Shown: positions 1 to 9,502, numbered from the stretch's first letter. The stretch: DNA of 64,000 nt from Bryobacterales bacterium (GCA_963422375.2 OY729428.2:2432001-2496000); one strand, 5' to 3'. The notes: generated by a model from the letters alone, not told the origin. Numbers and translations are program-made.

Positions 1-1571
1 CACTCGCCTACCTTGGCCGGCAGCTGCCCCGCGGCCAGGATCCGGTTCTCCGCGACGTCCGCCTCGGCGTCCGCGACGATCTCCTTGCCCCTCCGGACCT
101 TGTCCGTGTCCACCGGGGAGCGCTCGTCCTCGGGCGTGACGCTCGCCGCGGCCTCGCTCGCCTTCTTCTCGCGCTCGGTGGCCCGCCGCCCGTTCCGGCG
201 GTTGTCCCAGGCCGTCGAAACCGCCGAGAAGCCGCCGCCGGCGACGCCTCCCGCCACGCCTTCGACGGCGACGTTCAGCGCCCGCCGGTCCAGGTTCGGG
301 TCCCCGGTCGCCATGGCGACGGTGGTCTCGTGCAGGATCGCTTGGATCGCCTCGGTGGATCCCTCCTTGCCGAATCCGATCCCCGCTTCCGCCAGCAAGC
401 CCTTCCTGTCCCTGGCCGCCAGGGTCGAGGCCAGGTGCTTGAAGAACTCCTTGCGCTTGCGCCCGGCGAGCCCCTTGATCCAGCCGAATCCCAGCGAGTC
501 GACGCTGCCGATCAGCGGCGCGACCCAAATGGCGATGTCCGCGGCGCGCTTGTCGTCTCTTTCCGCCTCCCCGGGGGCGTTCCTCAACCCCTCCGACCCC
601 GACCAAACCGCGTTCCGCTTGGCGGCGAACTCTTCCTGCAGCGCGGCGAAGAGCTCGCCCTTCGCCATGATGCCGCCGACCGTGAGGGCCGCGCCGAGGC
701 CTCCGAAGGTTCCGCCCGCGACCGCTCCCGCCGCCGCTCCTTTCGGGCCTCCCGCGGCGCCCAGCTTGGCTCCGGCCGCCGCTCCGGCCGCGGTTCCGGC
801 CGCTCCGGCCAGCAGCGACGGGATCGTGGTCCCGACGCCCTGGGCGAGCGTCGACACGAGCTTCCCGGCATCGAGGAAATCGGACCAGCTCTCGATGGAC
901 CGGACCTCGCCCACGGGGATCCCCCGGGCCATCTTCCGGATCGCGATGCCGTTGGCGCGCCTGTCCTCGTCTCCGGACCGGATGCCCTCCGCTTCCCACG
1001 CCGCGCCCAGCATCTCGAGATTGGATTGCGTCAGGCCTGCGAACAGCCCCCGCAAGCCGGCCTCCCACCAGCTCGGCCCCTCCTCTTCCTCTTCCGGCCG
1101 GGGGGGCGCGGCGGGGAGCGACTCCGGGAACCCCCGCAGGAACCCGCGCTCGTTGAAATCCGTCGCCGGGGGGTACCGTTCCCCCTCCAGGTCGATCCGC
1201 GACCGGATCTCCGAGGCCTGCCGCCGCCACGCGGCCGCCCTGCTCGGCAGGCTGTCCAGCCACTCGCTGAAGTTCCTCTCCTCTTCCTTCAGCTGCTCCT
1301 TGAAAGCGTCCGAGCGCCCCTCGATCTCTGCGATCTCCCTATCGGCGCTTTCTCCAATTTCTTTCCGCTGGCCTGCGTGACGCTCCCCGATCCGTTCCGT
1401 CTCGTCATCGAGCTGCTTCTTCTGGTCCTCCAGCCATGTATCGTGCCGCGCCCGCCGCTGCTGCACGAACTCGTCCGCCTCCCGCCTCTTCCTCTCCCGG
1501 CGTTCCCTGGACTCGAAGAACAGGTCGTCGAGAACCTTCCGCAGGTTCGGACCGGGAACGTGTCTGGCCAT
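1..1571 (-). CDS. Large internal virion / DNA-ejection-type protein, N-terminal part (runs off window)
   Basis: Translated by hand from ATG at 1571: MARHVPGPNLRKVLDDLFFESRERR..., charged helical start then Gly/Ala-rich AGAAGTAAGAAAG and EGSTEAIQ segments; open to position 1; absent from the ORF track because there is no stop in the window. Confidence 0.65.
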   Translation of the reverse strand, partial: MARHVPGPNLRKVLDDLFFESRERRERKRREADEFVQQRRARHDTWLEDQKKQLDDETERIGERHAGQRKEIGESADREIAEIEGRSDAFKEQLKEEERNFSEWLDSLPSRAAAWRRQASEIRSRIDLEGERYPPATDFNERGFLRGFPESLPAAPPRPEEEEEGPSWWEAGLRGLFAGLTQSNLEMLGAAWEAEGIRSGDEDRRANGIAIRKMARGIPVGEVRSIESWSDFLDAGKLVSTLAQGVGTTIPSLLAGAAGTAAGAAAGAKLGAAGGPKGAAAGAVAGGTFGGLGAALTVGGIMAKGELFAALQEEFAAKRNAVWSGSEGLRNAPGEAERDDKRAADIAIWVAPLIGSVDSLGFGWIKGLAGRKRKEFFKHLASTLAARDRKGLLAEAGIGFGKEGSTEAIQAILHETTVAMATGDPNLDRRALNVAVEGVAGGVAGGGFSAVSTAWDNRRNGRRATEREKKASEAAASVTPEDERSPVDTDKVRRGKEIVADAEADVAENRILAAGQLPAKVGE

Positions 1572-1596
1572 GGCGGAATCCCGCGGAATTCCGCGG

Positions 1597-2412
1597 CTAG
1601 TTTTCCCTGTCGATCGGGTGGCCCATTTTGGAGTAGTACTCCGCGAGCTCTTCCCAAGTCACCGGATCCCCGCCCCGATCCGCGATAAGAGCGTTCTTTT
1701 CTTGCGCCTCGGCCTCGAGCTCCGACCTCGAGTAGGGGTGCTGCGTCGGCAGCCTCCAGTCTTCCGCGCCGTGCAGGTCGATGGAGTTAGCCGCGAAGCT
1801 CTGCCAGTACTTGATGACGCCCAGGTCCTGGACTTCCGCCCACGTTTCCTCGTCGACGGTCGTGGCCCACGCCTGCACCGCGTCCGTGGCGAGCTTGGTG
1901 ACCTGGTTGCGGAAGGCGGCGTAGCCCGGCGCGCCCTTGCGCATCGGATCCTGGAGGGCAGCGTTCTTCAATTTCAGATGCGCGATCTGGATTTCCCGGT
2001 ACGCCTGCGTGTCTTCCAACTGGTTCGCTCTGAATTCCAAGTCCCTCTTCTGGCGAGAGTTCTGGCCTTCCTGGTTCATCTCGGCCAGCTTCATGCTATG
2101 CGCGCGGTTGGCCCGGCCTTCGCTTTCCCTGACCTTGTTCGACGTCGCGGATCTCTCGTCGTCGGCCTCGCGTTCCGCGACCGAGATTTTCCAACGGCTG
2201 TTCAGGTTTTCGAGGTGCCGGATTTCGGCATCGTTCCGCTCGATCCTTAAGCGCCTTTCCGCCGCGTCCTCCGCCTCCCGGGCGCGGTTGGTCAGGTAGG
2301 CCTGGCGCAGCGTCTCGCCGCGCATCTGGCGCACGTGCTCGGCATGGGACGCGATGCCCGTGCCCGCTCCCCTGGCGGCCCCGGCCAGGGCGTAGGAGAG
2401 CAGGCTAGGCAC
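1597..2412 (-). CDS. Phage protein, probable internal virion/ejection protein
   Basis: 271 aa; Gly/Ala N-terminus then coiled-coil; position in operon upstream of the large ejection-type gene. Confidence 0.55.
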   Translation of the reverse strand: MPSLLSYALAGAARGAGTGIASHAEHVRQMRGETLRQAYLTNRAREAEDAAERRLRIERNDAEIRHLENLNSRWKISVAEREADDERSATSNKVRESEGRANRAHSMKLAEMNQEGQNSRQKRDLEFRANQLEDTQAYREIQIAHLKLKNAALQDPMRKGAPGYAAFRNQVTKLATDAVQAWATTVDEETWAEVQDLGVIKYWQSFAANSIDLHGAEDWRLPTQHPYSRSELEAEAQEKNALIADRGGDPVTWEELAEYYSKMGHPIDREN

Positions 2413-3106
2413 CGGGAGCGGCCCCCGTCTGGGGCGCGGCCTGCGTCCCGGGCGGCGCCATGCCCTGCTCCGCGGCCAGGTCCCGCGCCATGCCGTCCAG
2501 CGTGCCGTCGGCGTCCATGCCGACCAGGCCCTCGAGCTCCCGCTCGGCCTCGCCCCGCTCCCACAGGCCCGAATCCCGCGTCAGGCCGTACAGCTGCTCC
2601 GCCGCGCGCAACCCCGCGCTGTTGACCTCTTCCTGCGAGTAGTCGTAGATGCCCTCGCGGGCCGACACCTCGGCCAGCTCCCCGACCGCTTCCATCGTGC
2701 CCGCGTAGGCCGTCGCGCCCTCCAGGGGCGCCCCCGCCCGGCCCGCGTCGCTCGCCACCTTCGCCCCCAGCGCCGCCGCCGCCGCCGCCAGCGCGTTCAC
2801 CGCCGCGTCCGGGTCCGACTGGTCGAACCGCAGCATGTTCACCGGCTCCGGGGCGGCCTGCCCGTCCGGCGTGCCGCCGCCGTAGATCAGCCCGTAGATC
2901 TTGTCCAGGAACTCCCGGACCTCCGCCTCGTCCGCCCGCTCCCGCTCCCCGGCCCGCAGCGCCTCGGCGTGCTCGGCCGCTCCCGCGGCGAGCGCCGCCT
3001 GCGTGGCGGTCTCGGCTCCCTCCGCCGCGGCGGGAGCGGCGGGAGCGGCTCGCGGGGCGGCCGCCGGGGCGGTCCGGGGCGCCTGCGCCGCGTCGATCAG
3101 GGCCAT
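2405..3106 (-). CDS. Hypothetical phage protein
   Basis: 233 aa acidic Ala-rich ORF overlapping the next gene. Confidence 0.6.
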   Translation of the reverse strand: MALIDAAQAPRTAPAAAPRAAPAAPAAAEGAETATQAALAAGAAEHAEALRAGERERADEAEVREFLDKIYGLIYGGGTPDGQAAPEPVNMLRFDQSDPDAAVNALAAAAAALGAKVASDAGRAGAPLEGATAYAGTMEAVGELAEVSAREGIYDYSQEEVNSAGLRAAEQLYGLTRDSGLWERGEAERELEGLVGMDADGTLDGMARDLAAEQGMAPPGTQAAPQTGAAPGA

Positions 3107-3138
3107 GCCGCAGCGGCCGGGAAAGAGCCGCTTACGGT

Positions 3139-3927
3139 CTATGGTAACGGATGAATGCCGTCAGTCGGCGATGCGAACTCGATGCTCGACTCCGCGTCGA
3201 ACTTGCGGCAGTCGCTGTACTCGATCAAAAAGCTATAAGGGATATACCCCTTGAAGTGAATCTCGCTATACGATCGGGCGGGCAGCAGGTGCGTTCCCTC
3301 GCCGATGCGGACGCGCTGGTAGTCGAGCCTGAAGCTCCAGCTCCTCAGGCGGGAGCGCCTGGGAATGAAGAATTCCCGCGACTCGACGGAGAGCACCGAG
3401 CCGGCGGCGGGCTCGGTCGTCAGGTGCGCCCTGAAGCCGAACTGGCGGCTGCGGGTGTCGTTGAGCCACGTGGAGTACCCCCAAGGCTTGGCAGGCACCA
3501 CGGCTTCCAGAACGCGACGGCCGCCCCGCGTATTTCCGACCCACCGGAACCTGGTCTTCGCCGCAGGCTGGAAGATCCCCTGGAGCATCTGGTTGAAGTA
3601 CCCTCTGGATGCGACGCCCCGATCGGACTCGGACGTAATGGCTTCCGAGCACGGCAGGCTCCGCAACGGCCCGCCTCTTTCGGAATACCGGCAGTCCGCG
3701 TACTGGTCCGTGCCCTCCACGTACCGCACGGTCGAACGGAAGACGCTGTACGGTCGCATCACCCCGCGGACCCGGTGCCATTGCCGCTCCTCCTTCCCGC
3801 ACAGGAAGTCGGGCAGGGAATCGTCGTATCCCCGCACCCACAACTTGACGCGCTCCAGGTCGGCGTCGCCGCGGGCGGGCGTCGCGCAGGCCGCCAGCAG
3901 GACCGGCAGGATCAGCTTCCAGCGCAC
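3139..3927 (-). CDS. Exported protein / possible lipoprotein of unknown function
   Basis: 262 aa; signal peptide MRWKLILPVLLAAC (lipobox-like LAAC); beta-rich body. Confidence 0.65.
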   Translation of the reverse strand: MRWKLILPVLLAACATPARGDADLERVKLWVRGYDDSLPDFLCGKEERQWHRVRGVMRPYSVFRSTVRYVEGTDQYADCRYSERGGPLRSLPCSEAITSESDRGVASRGYFNQMLQGIFQPAAKTRFRWVGNTRGGRRVLEAVVPAKPWGYSTWLNDTRSRQFGFRAHLTTEPAAGSVLSVESREFFIPRRSRLRSWSFRLDYQRVRIGEGTHLLPARSYSEIHFKGYIPYSFLIEYSDCRKFDAESSIEFASPTDGIHPLP

Positions 3928-3945
3928 GGCAGATTCCCGTGCCCC

Positions 3946-4947
3946 CTACCCGAGGGCGTAGGCCGCGAGGCTCCCCTCCTGCGGCTTGATACGGGGGTAC
4001 TTCCCTTCCAGCACGTCGTCCGCCACTCGCAGCAGCTTCGGGCGCTTGTCCTCCGCGGAAGCGACGGCCGCCAGCGGCGATACCGCGACGGGCGTCGCGG
4101 CCTCGGCCCGCACGGGCAGCTCCTGCACGGGCTGCGGTTCCGGCAGGTACTTGGCGAACAGGCCCCTGCCCGGCGGGGTGATGTAGAACTGGCGGTCGAA
4201 CACCGTGTCCCAGTCGATTTCGTAGCTCTCCCGGCGATCCTCGATCGTCTCCCGTTCCATCTCGGCGCGAGCCCTGTCCCCGAGACCTTGCAGCGCCCCC
4301 GTGCCGACTCCGGCCAGGGTCGGGCCTATCCACGGGCCGTGCCTGTCCCAGAACCCTCCCTGCGGAGTAGATCTGGGCGGCGGGATCGGGTCCGGTTGCG
4401 GGGCGCCGCCGCCGGGGCCGGTCCCGGGCGGCGGCGTCTGGTTAGCAGGCGGCGGCGACGGGGGAGCAACGCCCTGCCTGCCGAAGCCCCTGACCTGGCT
4501 GGGATCCTTGACGCCGACGCCGAAGGCTCCGAGAGCGGCCCCGCTGACCGCTCCGACACCGGCCCCGGCGGCGGCGCCCCGGCGCCAGTCCTGACCGCTG
4601 GCGGCGGCCGTGCCGGCCCCGACCAGGGCCCCGTAGCCGGCCTGCTTGATCGCGCCGGTCAGCATGCCGTGCAGCACGCCGGCCTTGGTCCCGAACTTGA
4701 TGCCGATCAAGTTCACGAACTTCGACACGGCGCCGCCCCAGAAGGGCGTCACGCCGAGCGCGGCCCCGACGGTGAAGAACGCCGCTCCGGCCAGCAGCAC
4801 GATGGGCGCGACCTTCTTGACCGCCTTGCCGACCTTCTTGATGCCGCTCCAGACTTTCTTGCCGACCTTCTTGATGCCGCGCCAGACTTTTTTGAAGAAA
4901 CCGAGGAAGACGCACCTCCCGTCGGTCAGATCTCCCACACGCGGCAC
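3946..4947 (-). CDS. Probable DNA pilot/ejection protein (start uncertain)
   Basis: GFFKKVWRGIKKVGKKVWSGIKKVGKAVKK amphipathic cationic start, hydrophobic Gly/Ala-rich stretch, Pro-rich linker; follows GNAT-like gene as in podoviruses. Confidence 0.55.
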   Translation of the reverse strand: MPRVGDLTDGRCVFLGFFKKVWRGIKKVGKKVWSGIKKVGKAVKKVAPIVLLAGAAFFTVGAALGVTPFWGGAVSKFVNLIGIKFGTKAGVLHGMLTGAIKQAGYGALVGAGTAAASGQDWRRGAAAGAGVGAVSGAALGAFGVGVKDPSQVRGFGRQGVAPPSPPPANQTPPPGTGPGGGAPQPDPIPPPRSTPQGGFWDRHGPWIGPTLAGVGTGALQGLGDRARAEMERETIEDRRESYEIDWDTVFDRQFYITPPGRGLFAKYLPEPQPVQELPVRAEAATPVAVSPLAAVASAEDKRPKLLRVADDVLEGKYPRIKPQEGSLAAYALG

Positions 4948-5345
4948 ACCGGCCTGGGATGCAGCGGGCGCAGGAGCCTGCCGAACGCTTCCATGTTACC
5001 AAGCGCGGCCCAGGACGGCACCAGAACCCGCTTGCGCGTGCGCTGCCGCAGCGCCGCGAGCAGGGGCAGGCCGCAGCCGGGCCCGAGCAGGAAGACCACC
5101 TGCAGCCAGGCCATGCGGTCGCACACGTCCCACGCCTGGCACAGGCCCGCGAAGACCCATCCGCGCACGCTCCCGTCCTCGGCGACGGCCACCAGGCACT
5201 CCCCCTTGCGCGCCTTGCGCGCCCAGGCGACGCAGTTGCCCGCCCGGCGGCGGCAGGATCGCGGGCTCGCCTTGCCCCGCGCCGCGGCGTGCAGGATCGC
5301 GGCCATCCGCTGCACGTCGGCGAAAGCCGCCTCGCGGACGGTCAC
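4926..5345 (-). CDS. GNAT-fold phage protein
   Basis: MTVREAAFADVQRM... CLVAVAEDGSVRGWV GNAT-like pattern; typical position before ejection proteins. Confidence 0.6.
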   Translation of the reverse strand: MTVREAAFADVQRMAAILHAAARGKASPRSCRRRAGNCVAWARKARKGECLVAVAEDGSVRGWVFAGLCQAWDVCDRMAWLQVVFLLGPGCGLPLLAALRQRTRKRVLVPSWAALGNMEAFGRLLRPLHPRPVCRVWEI

Positions 5346-5348
5346 GCG

Positions 5349-6659
5349 CTAGGGCCGCGGCTCGTCCGCTGCCGGCTCGTCCGCTGCCGGCTCGTCCGCT
5401 GCCGGCTCGTCGTAGGTGCTGGGACCGTCGAGGATGGCGTCGAAGGCCTGCTGGCTCCGCTCGTCTTGCTCCTTGAGCGCTTTCAGCGCCCTCTCCCTGG
5501 CTGCGGGCGTCATGTCCCTGCTCATGACGACCTGGAACTGCGCGTTGTAGTTCGCGTCGAGGGCCAGCTTGCCGTCGATCTTCATCTTCTCGCGCTTGAG
5601 CGCTTCGTCCAGCGCCGCGAGCTCCTTGCGGTTGGCCTCGGAAGCTTCGAACTGGTCCTTCCTCTGGTTCAGCTCGGCCTCCTTGAGGTTCTTATCGTTT
5701 TCGTCCCGCAGCTTCTGGATCCCGTTGCGGGCTTCCTCCAGCTCGACCGACTTCAGGCGGTGCGCCTGCAGGCTGTCGATCTCGTCCTTGCGCAGCGCCC
5801 TGTCGAGCGCGGCGATCCGCTCTCGGACTCCCGACTCGTATTCCTGCATCTCCTTCTGCTGGATCCGGAACGCCTTCTTCTCCGCCAGCTCGGCCGACCA
5901 GTGACTCACCTGCGCGTTCAGCTTGTCCCTCTCGTGCGCCAGCCCCTCGCGGCGGACCGTGACGTCCACCCCGTGCTGCCGCTTCTGCTCGGCGAGAGAC
6001 TCCCGCCTCACGCTGATCTCCTCGCCGTGCTGGCGCCTCTGCTCGCCGAGCGTCTCGCGGCGGACGGCGATCTCCTCGCCGTGCTGCCGCGCCTGCTGCG
6101 CCAGGGAATCCTTCCTGACGCCGATCTCGGCCCCGTGGTGGCGGTCTTGCTGCGCCAGCGAGTCCCGGCGGTATCCCATCTCGGCCCCGTGGTGGCGGTC
6201 CTGCTGCGCCAGGGAATCCTTCCTGACGCCGATCTCGGCTCCGTGGTGGCGGTCCTGCTGCTGCAGCGAGTCCCGGCGGAACCCCATCTCGGCCCCGTGG
6301 TGGCGGTCCCGCTGCGCCAGGTCGGACTCGCGCAGCCGCACGTCGTCGCCGTGCTTGCTCTCGTCCAGCGCCAGGCGGAGCAGGCTGCCCTCGCGGGAGT
6401 CCTTCAGGCGGCGCGCCTCGATCGCGGCCGCCGAGTCCGCCTGCGCCAGAGGCACGGCGTGCCGCACCACCGCGTCCTGCGCCGACTGGGCGGCCAGGGA
6501 CGAATTCAGCAGCCCGCGCGAGTGCGCCCGCTGCAAGCCCTGCGTCCGCGCCTGCCGCATCAGCGGCCCGTCGGTCTCCACGATGGAGCGCACGCGCTCC
6601 GTCGGCAGCGGCAGCTTCGTCCGCTCCCTTTTCAGCGCCAGCTGCGCCAGGCTAGCCAT
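5349..6659 (-). CDS. Coiled-coil phage protein with 18-aa tandem repeats
   Basis: 436 aa; repeats of xQQDRHHGAE(I/M)GxRxDSL; C-terminal DEPAA repeats. Confidence 0.7.
   Translation of the reverse strand: MASLAQLALKRERTKLPLPTERVRSIVETDGPLMRQARTQGLQRAHSRGLLNSSLAAQSAQDAVVRHAVPLAQADSAAAIEARRLKDSREGSLLRLALDESKHGDDVRLRESDLAQRDRHHGAEMGFRRDSLQQQDRHHGAEIGVRKDSLAQQDRHHGAEMGYRRDSLAQQDRHHGAEIGVRKDSLAQQARQHGEEIAVRRETLGEQRRQHGEEISVRRESLAEQKRQHGVDVTVRREGLAHERDKLNAQVSHWSAELAEKKAFRIQQKEMQEYESGVRERIAALDRALRKDEIDSLQAHRLKSVELEEARNGIQKLRDENDKNLKEAELNQRKDQFEASEANRKELAALDEALKREKMKIDGKLALDANYNAQFQVVMSRDMTPAARERALKALKEQDERSQQAFDAILDGPSTYDEPAADEPAADEPAADEPRP
5960..6330. repeat. 54-bp coding tandem repeat (about 7 degenerate units)
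   Basis: ccgtggtggcggtc recurs at 54-bp spacing; ctgctgcgccagggaatccttcctgacgccgatctcggc occurs twice 108 bp apart. Confidence 0.85.
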
Positions 6660-6981
6660 TGCGGCGGAGTTTCGCTCCGGCGGCCCTCGTCGCCCTCGTC
6701 GCCCTCGTCGCGCTCGTCGCGGCCAGCTCGATCTCGCGGATCGCCTTGATGATCTCGGCGTGCTCCCGGCGGTGCATGTCGGTCATCGAGACCAGCTGGT
6801 CGCAGGCCTTGGCGATCTTGCCGTACATCTCCGCCAGATCCCCGCAGGACCGGGACACCATCCTGTGCATCTCCGCGATCTGGCTCATCGAGCGCGTGGC
6901 GCGCTGCACGAAGAAGGCCGCGGCCACGATCAATATGACCAGGCTGACGCCGCTGTCCACGACCTGCACCCACTCGCCCAT
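6652..6981 (-). CDS. Small membrane-anchored phage protein
   Basis: 109 aa, one N-terminal TM segment then helical; 9-bp repeat encodes ATRATRATR. Confidence 0.6.
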   Translation of the reverse strand: MGEWVQVVDSGVSLVILIVAAAFFVQRATRSMSQIAEMHRMVSRSCGDLAEMYGKIAKACDQLVSMTDMHRREHAEIIKAIREIELAATSATRATRATRAAGAKLRRNG

Positions 6982-6984
6982 TCC

Positions 6985-7635
6985 TTACCTCCCGAACAGG
7001 ACCGTCAGGCCCATCGACGCCCCCGGCGACCAGCCGGGACCGAATCCCTTGACCGCGCCGGCCGTCGCGCCGACGCCCCAGCGCAGCTTCCAGCGCTGCC
7101 TCCCCTCGAGCGTCCCGGCGCGGGCCTCGGCCAGCTCCCGGGCCGCCCGCTCGCGCTGCGCCAGCTCCTCGAAGCGGTCGGCCAGCTCCCGCACGGAAAC
7201 GGTCTCCCGGCGCGCCGCCGCCAGGGCGTCCCGCAAGGCGGCCACCTGCCGGAACAGCGCCTCGATCTCCTCGCCGCTGACCCGCAGGGCCTCCGGCAGA
7301 TCCGCGCGGAGCAGCTCCAAGCGCTTCCGGTCGAGCGCGGCTACGGGCAGTGTCTCCCGCTCGGCCGCGGCGACCGCGGCGACCGTTTCCGAGCCCCTCC
7401 GCTCGGCCTCGGCGCGGGCGGCCTCGGCCGCCTCGCGAGCCTCCCTCACGGCCGCGGCCCGCAAGCCCATCTCCGCCGCGTAGGCTCGCGCCTCGGCCTC
7501 GATCCGCGCCCGGCCGGCCCGCTCCCAGACGGCGAGCGCCTGCGCGGGCAGGCCCGGGGCCGGCAGCAGGGCCGCCAGGCCGAAGCCCAGCCCGACGCCG
7601 GCGGCCAGCGCCCCCGCCAGGGCCCAGGCGCTCAC
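6985..7635 (-). CDS. Spanin (Rz)-like membrane-anchored coiled-coil protein
   Basis: N-terminal hydrophobic anchor plus Ala/Glu/Arg coiled coil, downstream of the endolysin. Confidence 0.45.
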   Translation of the reverse strand: MSAWALAGALAAGVGLGFGLAALLPAPGLPAQALAVWERAGRARIEAEARAYAAEMGLRAAAVREAREAAEAARAEAERRGSETVAAVAAAERETLPVAALDRKRLELLRADLPEALRVSGEEIEALFRQVAALRDALAAARRETVSVRELADRFEELAQRERAARELAEARAGTLEGRQRWKLRWGVGATAGAVKGFGPGWSPGASMGLTVLFGR

Positions 7636-7844
7636 GCGCCCCCCTGCCGGCGGTGCCAGGCTTTCGCCAGCCGCTCGAGCGGCCCGCAGAGCGCCGCCCA
7701 GGCCCCGGACTGCAGCATGGCCGCCAGTCCGCCGACCGCCAGCAGCAGGCCGCAGGCGATCTCCAGCCAGCGCGCGTTCGCCAGCAGGACGAGCCCCGCG
7801 AACAGCGCCGCGACAGGCACGGGGCGCGGCCGGAACGCCGTCAC
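7632..7844 (-). CDS. Small hydrophobic phage protein
   Basis: GTG start overlapping the upstream stop; two hydrophobic segments. Confidence 0.45.
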   Translation of the reverse strand: MTAFRPRPVPVAALFAGLVLLANARWLEIACGLLLAVGGLAAMLQSGAWAALCGPLERLAKAWHRRQGGA

Positions 7845-8170
7845 GACCGCTCCTCGGGCGGCGCGAACACGGGGTGCAAGCGCTCGAACTCCCGCCCGGT
7901 GAACGTCATCACCGCGCCCCGGGCGTCCCGCACGGCCATGCGCCCGACCCCGAACTCGACGATCCGGCAGTCCCGCATGGCGGTGTGCGGCAGGCCCTCT
8001 ATCTCCAGCCGCTCGATGGTCGCGCCGACGCGCACCAGGGGGTCGGACGCCAGCCGGCGGTAAGCCCGCCGCCGCCGCCCGCCCTCGACGAAGGCCGACG
8101 CCCCGAACGCCGCCAGCGGCGACAGGAACGCCAGCGCCAGGGCCGTGCACAACGCTTCGATCATGGTCAC
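7841..8170 (-). CDS. Hypothetical phage protein with N-terminal TM segment
   Basis: GTGA-coupled start; MIEALCTALALAFLSPLAAFG. Confidence 0.5.
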   Translation of the reverse strand: MTMIEALCTALALAFLSPLAAFGASAFVEGGRRRRAYRRLASDPLVRVGATIERLEIEGLPHTAMRDCRIVEFGVGRMAVRDARGAVMTFTGREFERLHPVFAPPEERS

Positions 8171-8382
8171 TCGCAGTCCCCCCGGGCGCACTGCCAGGCC
8201 AAATGCAGCGCCAGCGCGCCGCACGACACGAACACCACCGCCGGCCCGATTTGGAACGCCAGCAAGGCCATCCGCTCTATCCGCTGCCCCAGATCGTGCA
8301 CGTTCATCGCCCACAGGAACGCGAGCGCGATCGAGGCGCAGCCCAGGGCCGCGAGCCCCAGCGTCTTCGCGAGCGTCTTCAT
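8167..8382 (-). CDS. Small two-TM phage protein
   Basis: MKTLAKTLGLAALGCASIALAFLWAM... 71 aa, directly after the endolysin. Confidence 0.5.
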   Translation of the reverse strand: MKTLAKTLGLAALGCASIALAFLWAMNVHDLGQRIERMALLAFQIGPAVVFVSCGALALHLAWQCARGDCE

Positions 8383-8390
8383 CGGATTCG

Positions 8391-8930
8391 CTAGCGGCAG
8401 CCGCCCTCCCGGTACAGGGGCACGAGGCCCCCGACCTTCGCCGGGTAGGCGCGGTTCTCCGCGCAGGCCCAGGCGGCCCGGATGCAGTGCCGCTCGACGT
8501 GGCCCGTCCAGCGCCGCGGGTCGCAGCCCGGCTCGCGCCGGCAGCGCGACTTCTCTCTCGCGATCCAGCCCGGTCCGCCGTTGTAGGCCGCCCACGAGAA
8601 CTCCCACGGCTCGCGATCGAAGCGGTAGCGCGCCAGCAGCCGCCGCATGTAGACGATCTGGGCCCGGATCGCGCAGCCCGGGTCGGTCGGGTCCGTCCCG
8701 TCGCAGCGCGGCGCGGTCAGCGGGGCGATGTCGCTCCACGTCGGCGGGGTGAACTGGGCCAGCCCGCTGGCGTAGCGCGAGCGCGCCCGCGGGCGCCACG
8801 ACGACTCGCGGTGGATCTGCGCCGCCAGCTCGGCCCGCATGCCGGCCGCCCCGGCGCGCGCGACCTCGGCCTCGAAGACCGGGGCCAGCTCGCACGGCAC
8901 CGCCAGCAGGGCCGCGGCCAGCAGGAGCAT
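8391..8930 (-). CDS. Endolysin, SLT lytic transglycosylase
   Basis: QIHRESSW (catalytic Glu), GLAQF and AAYNGG motifs; N-terminal hydrophobic segment. Confidence 0.9.
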   Translation of the reverse strand: MLLLAAALLAVPCELAPVFEAEVARAGAAGMRAELAAQIHRESSWRPRARSRYASGLAQFTPPTWSDIAPLTAPRCDGTDPTDPGCAIRAQIVYMRRLLARYRFDREPWEFSWAAYNGGPGWIAREKSRCRREPGCDPRRWTGHVERHCIRAAWACAENRAYPAKVGGLVPLYREGGCR

Positions 8931-9256
8931 CAGTAGGCCCCGCCCCAGGCGAAGGCCGTCAGGGTGGCCCCGTACAGCAGGCACCAGCCCACGATGTAGG
9001 CCGCCCGGGGCACGTCCTCCCCGTGCTGGCTGAACGGCGGCTGGCCCCGGATCACCTTGAGGATGTCGAAATCGCGGAACAGCGCCCGCTTCATGCCGAG
9101 GAAGAACAGCGTCGCCCCGGCGCAGGTCATGGTCTTGCCCAGGAGGGCGCCCAGGGCCCGCTCCAGCTCGCCGGGCCGCGCCCCCGCGCCGCCGTCGAGG
9201 AGAGCCAGCAGGAGCCCGCTCAGAGGAATCACCAGAAAAAACAGCAGGGCGCCCAC
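8930..9256 (-). CDS. Putative holin
   Basis: 108 aa, three hydrophobic segments, immediately upstream of the endolysin. Confidence 0.6.
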   Translation of the reverse strand: MGALLFFLVIPLSGLLLALLDGGAGARPGELERALGALLGKTMTCAGATLFFLGMKRALFRDFDILKVIRGQPPFSQHGEDVPRAAYIVGWCLLYGATLTAFAWGGAY

Positions 9257-9295
9257 GGCGGCTCTCCTCCGCCCTATGGTAACCCACGCCGCCCG

Positions 9296-9502
9296 CTAGG
9301 GGAAACCGGAACCTTCCTCCCGTTCCGACTCCTCGATCGCCGGCAGCCGCAGCAGCCAGCGCAGGCAGGCCAGCTCCCCGCGCACGAACTGCGTGCGCGA
9401 CTCGGGCAGGTCGGGCCGCTCCAGCTCCTCCCGCAGGGCCTGCATCCGGCGCCCCGCGCGGGCCGCCACGGCATCCCAGGTGCCCGACGACGGGTCGATC
9501 AT
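9296..9502 (-). CDS. Small phage protein following the portal
   Basis: MIDPSSGTWDAV...TQFVRGELACLRWLL, ATGA-coupled to the portal stop. Confidence 0.65.
   Translation of the reverse strand: MIDPSSGTWDAVAARAGRRMQALREELERPDLPESRTQFVRGELACLRWLLRLPAIEESEREEGSGFP

Noticed and set aside
5960..6330. Regularly spaced repeats resembling a CRISPR array
   Set aside because: In-frame 54-bp coding repeats without unique spacers
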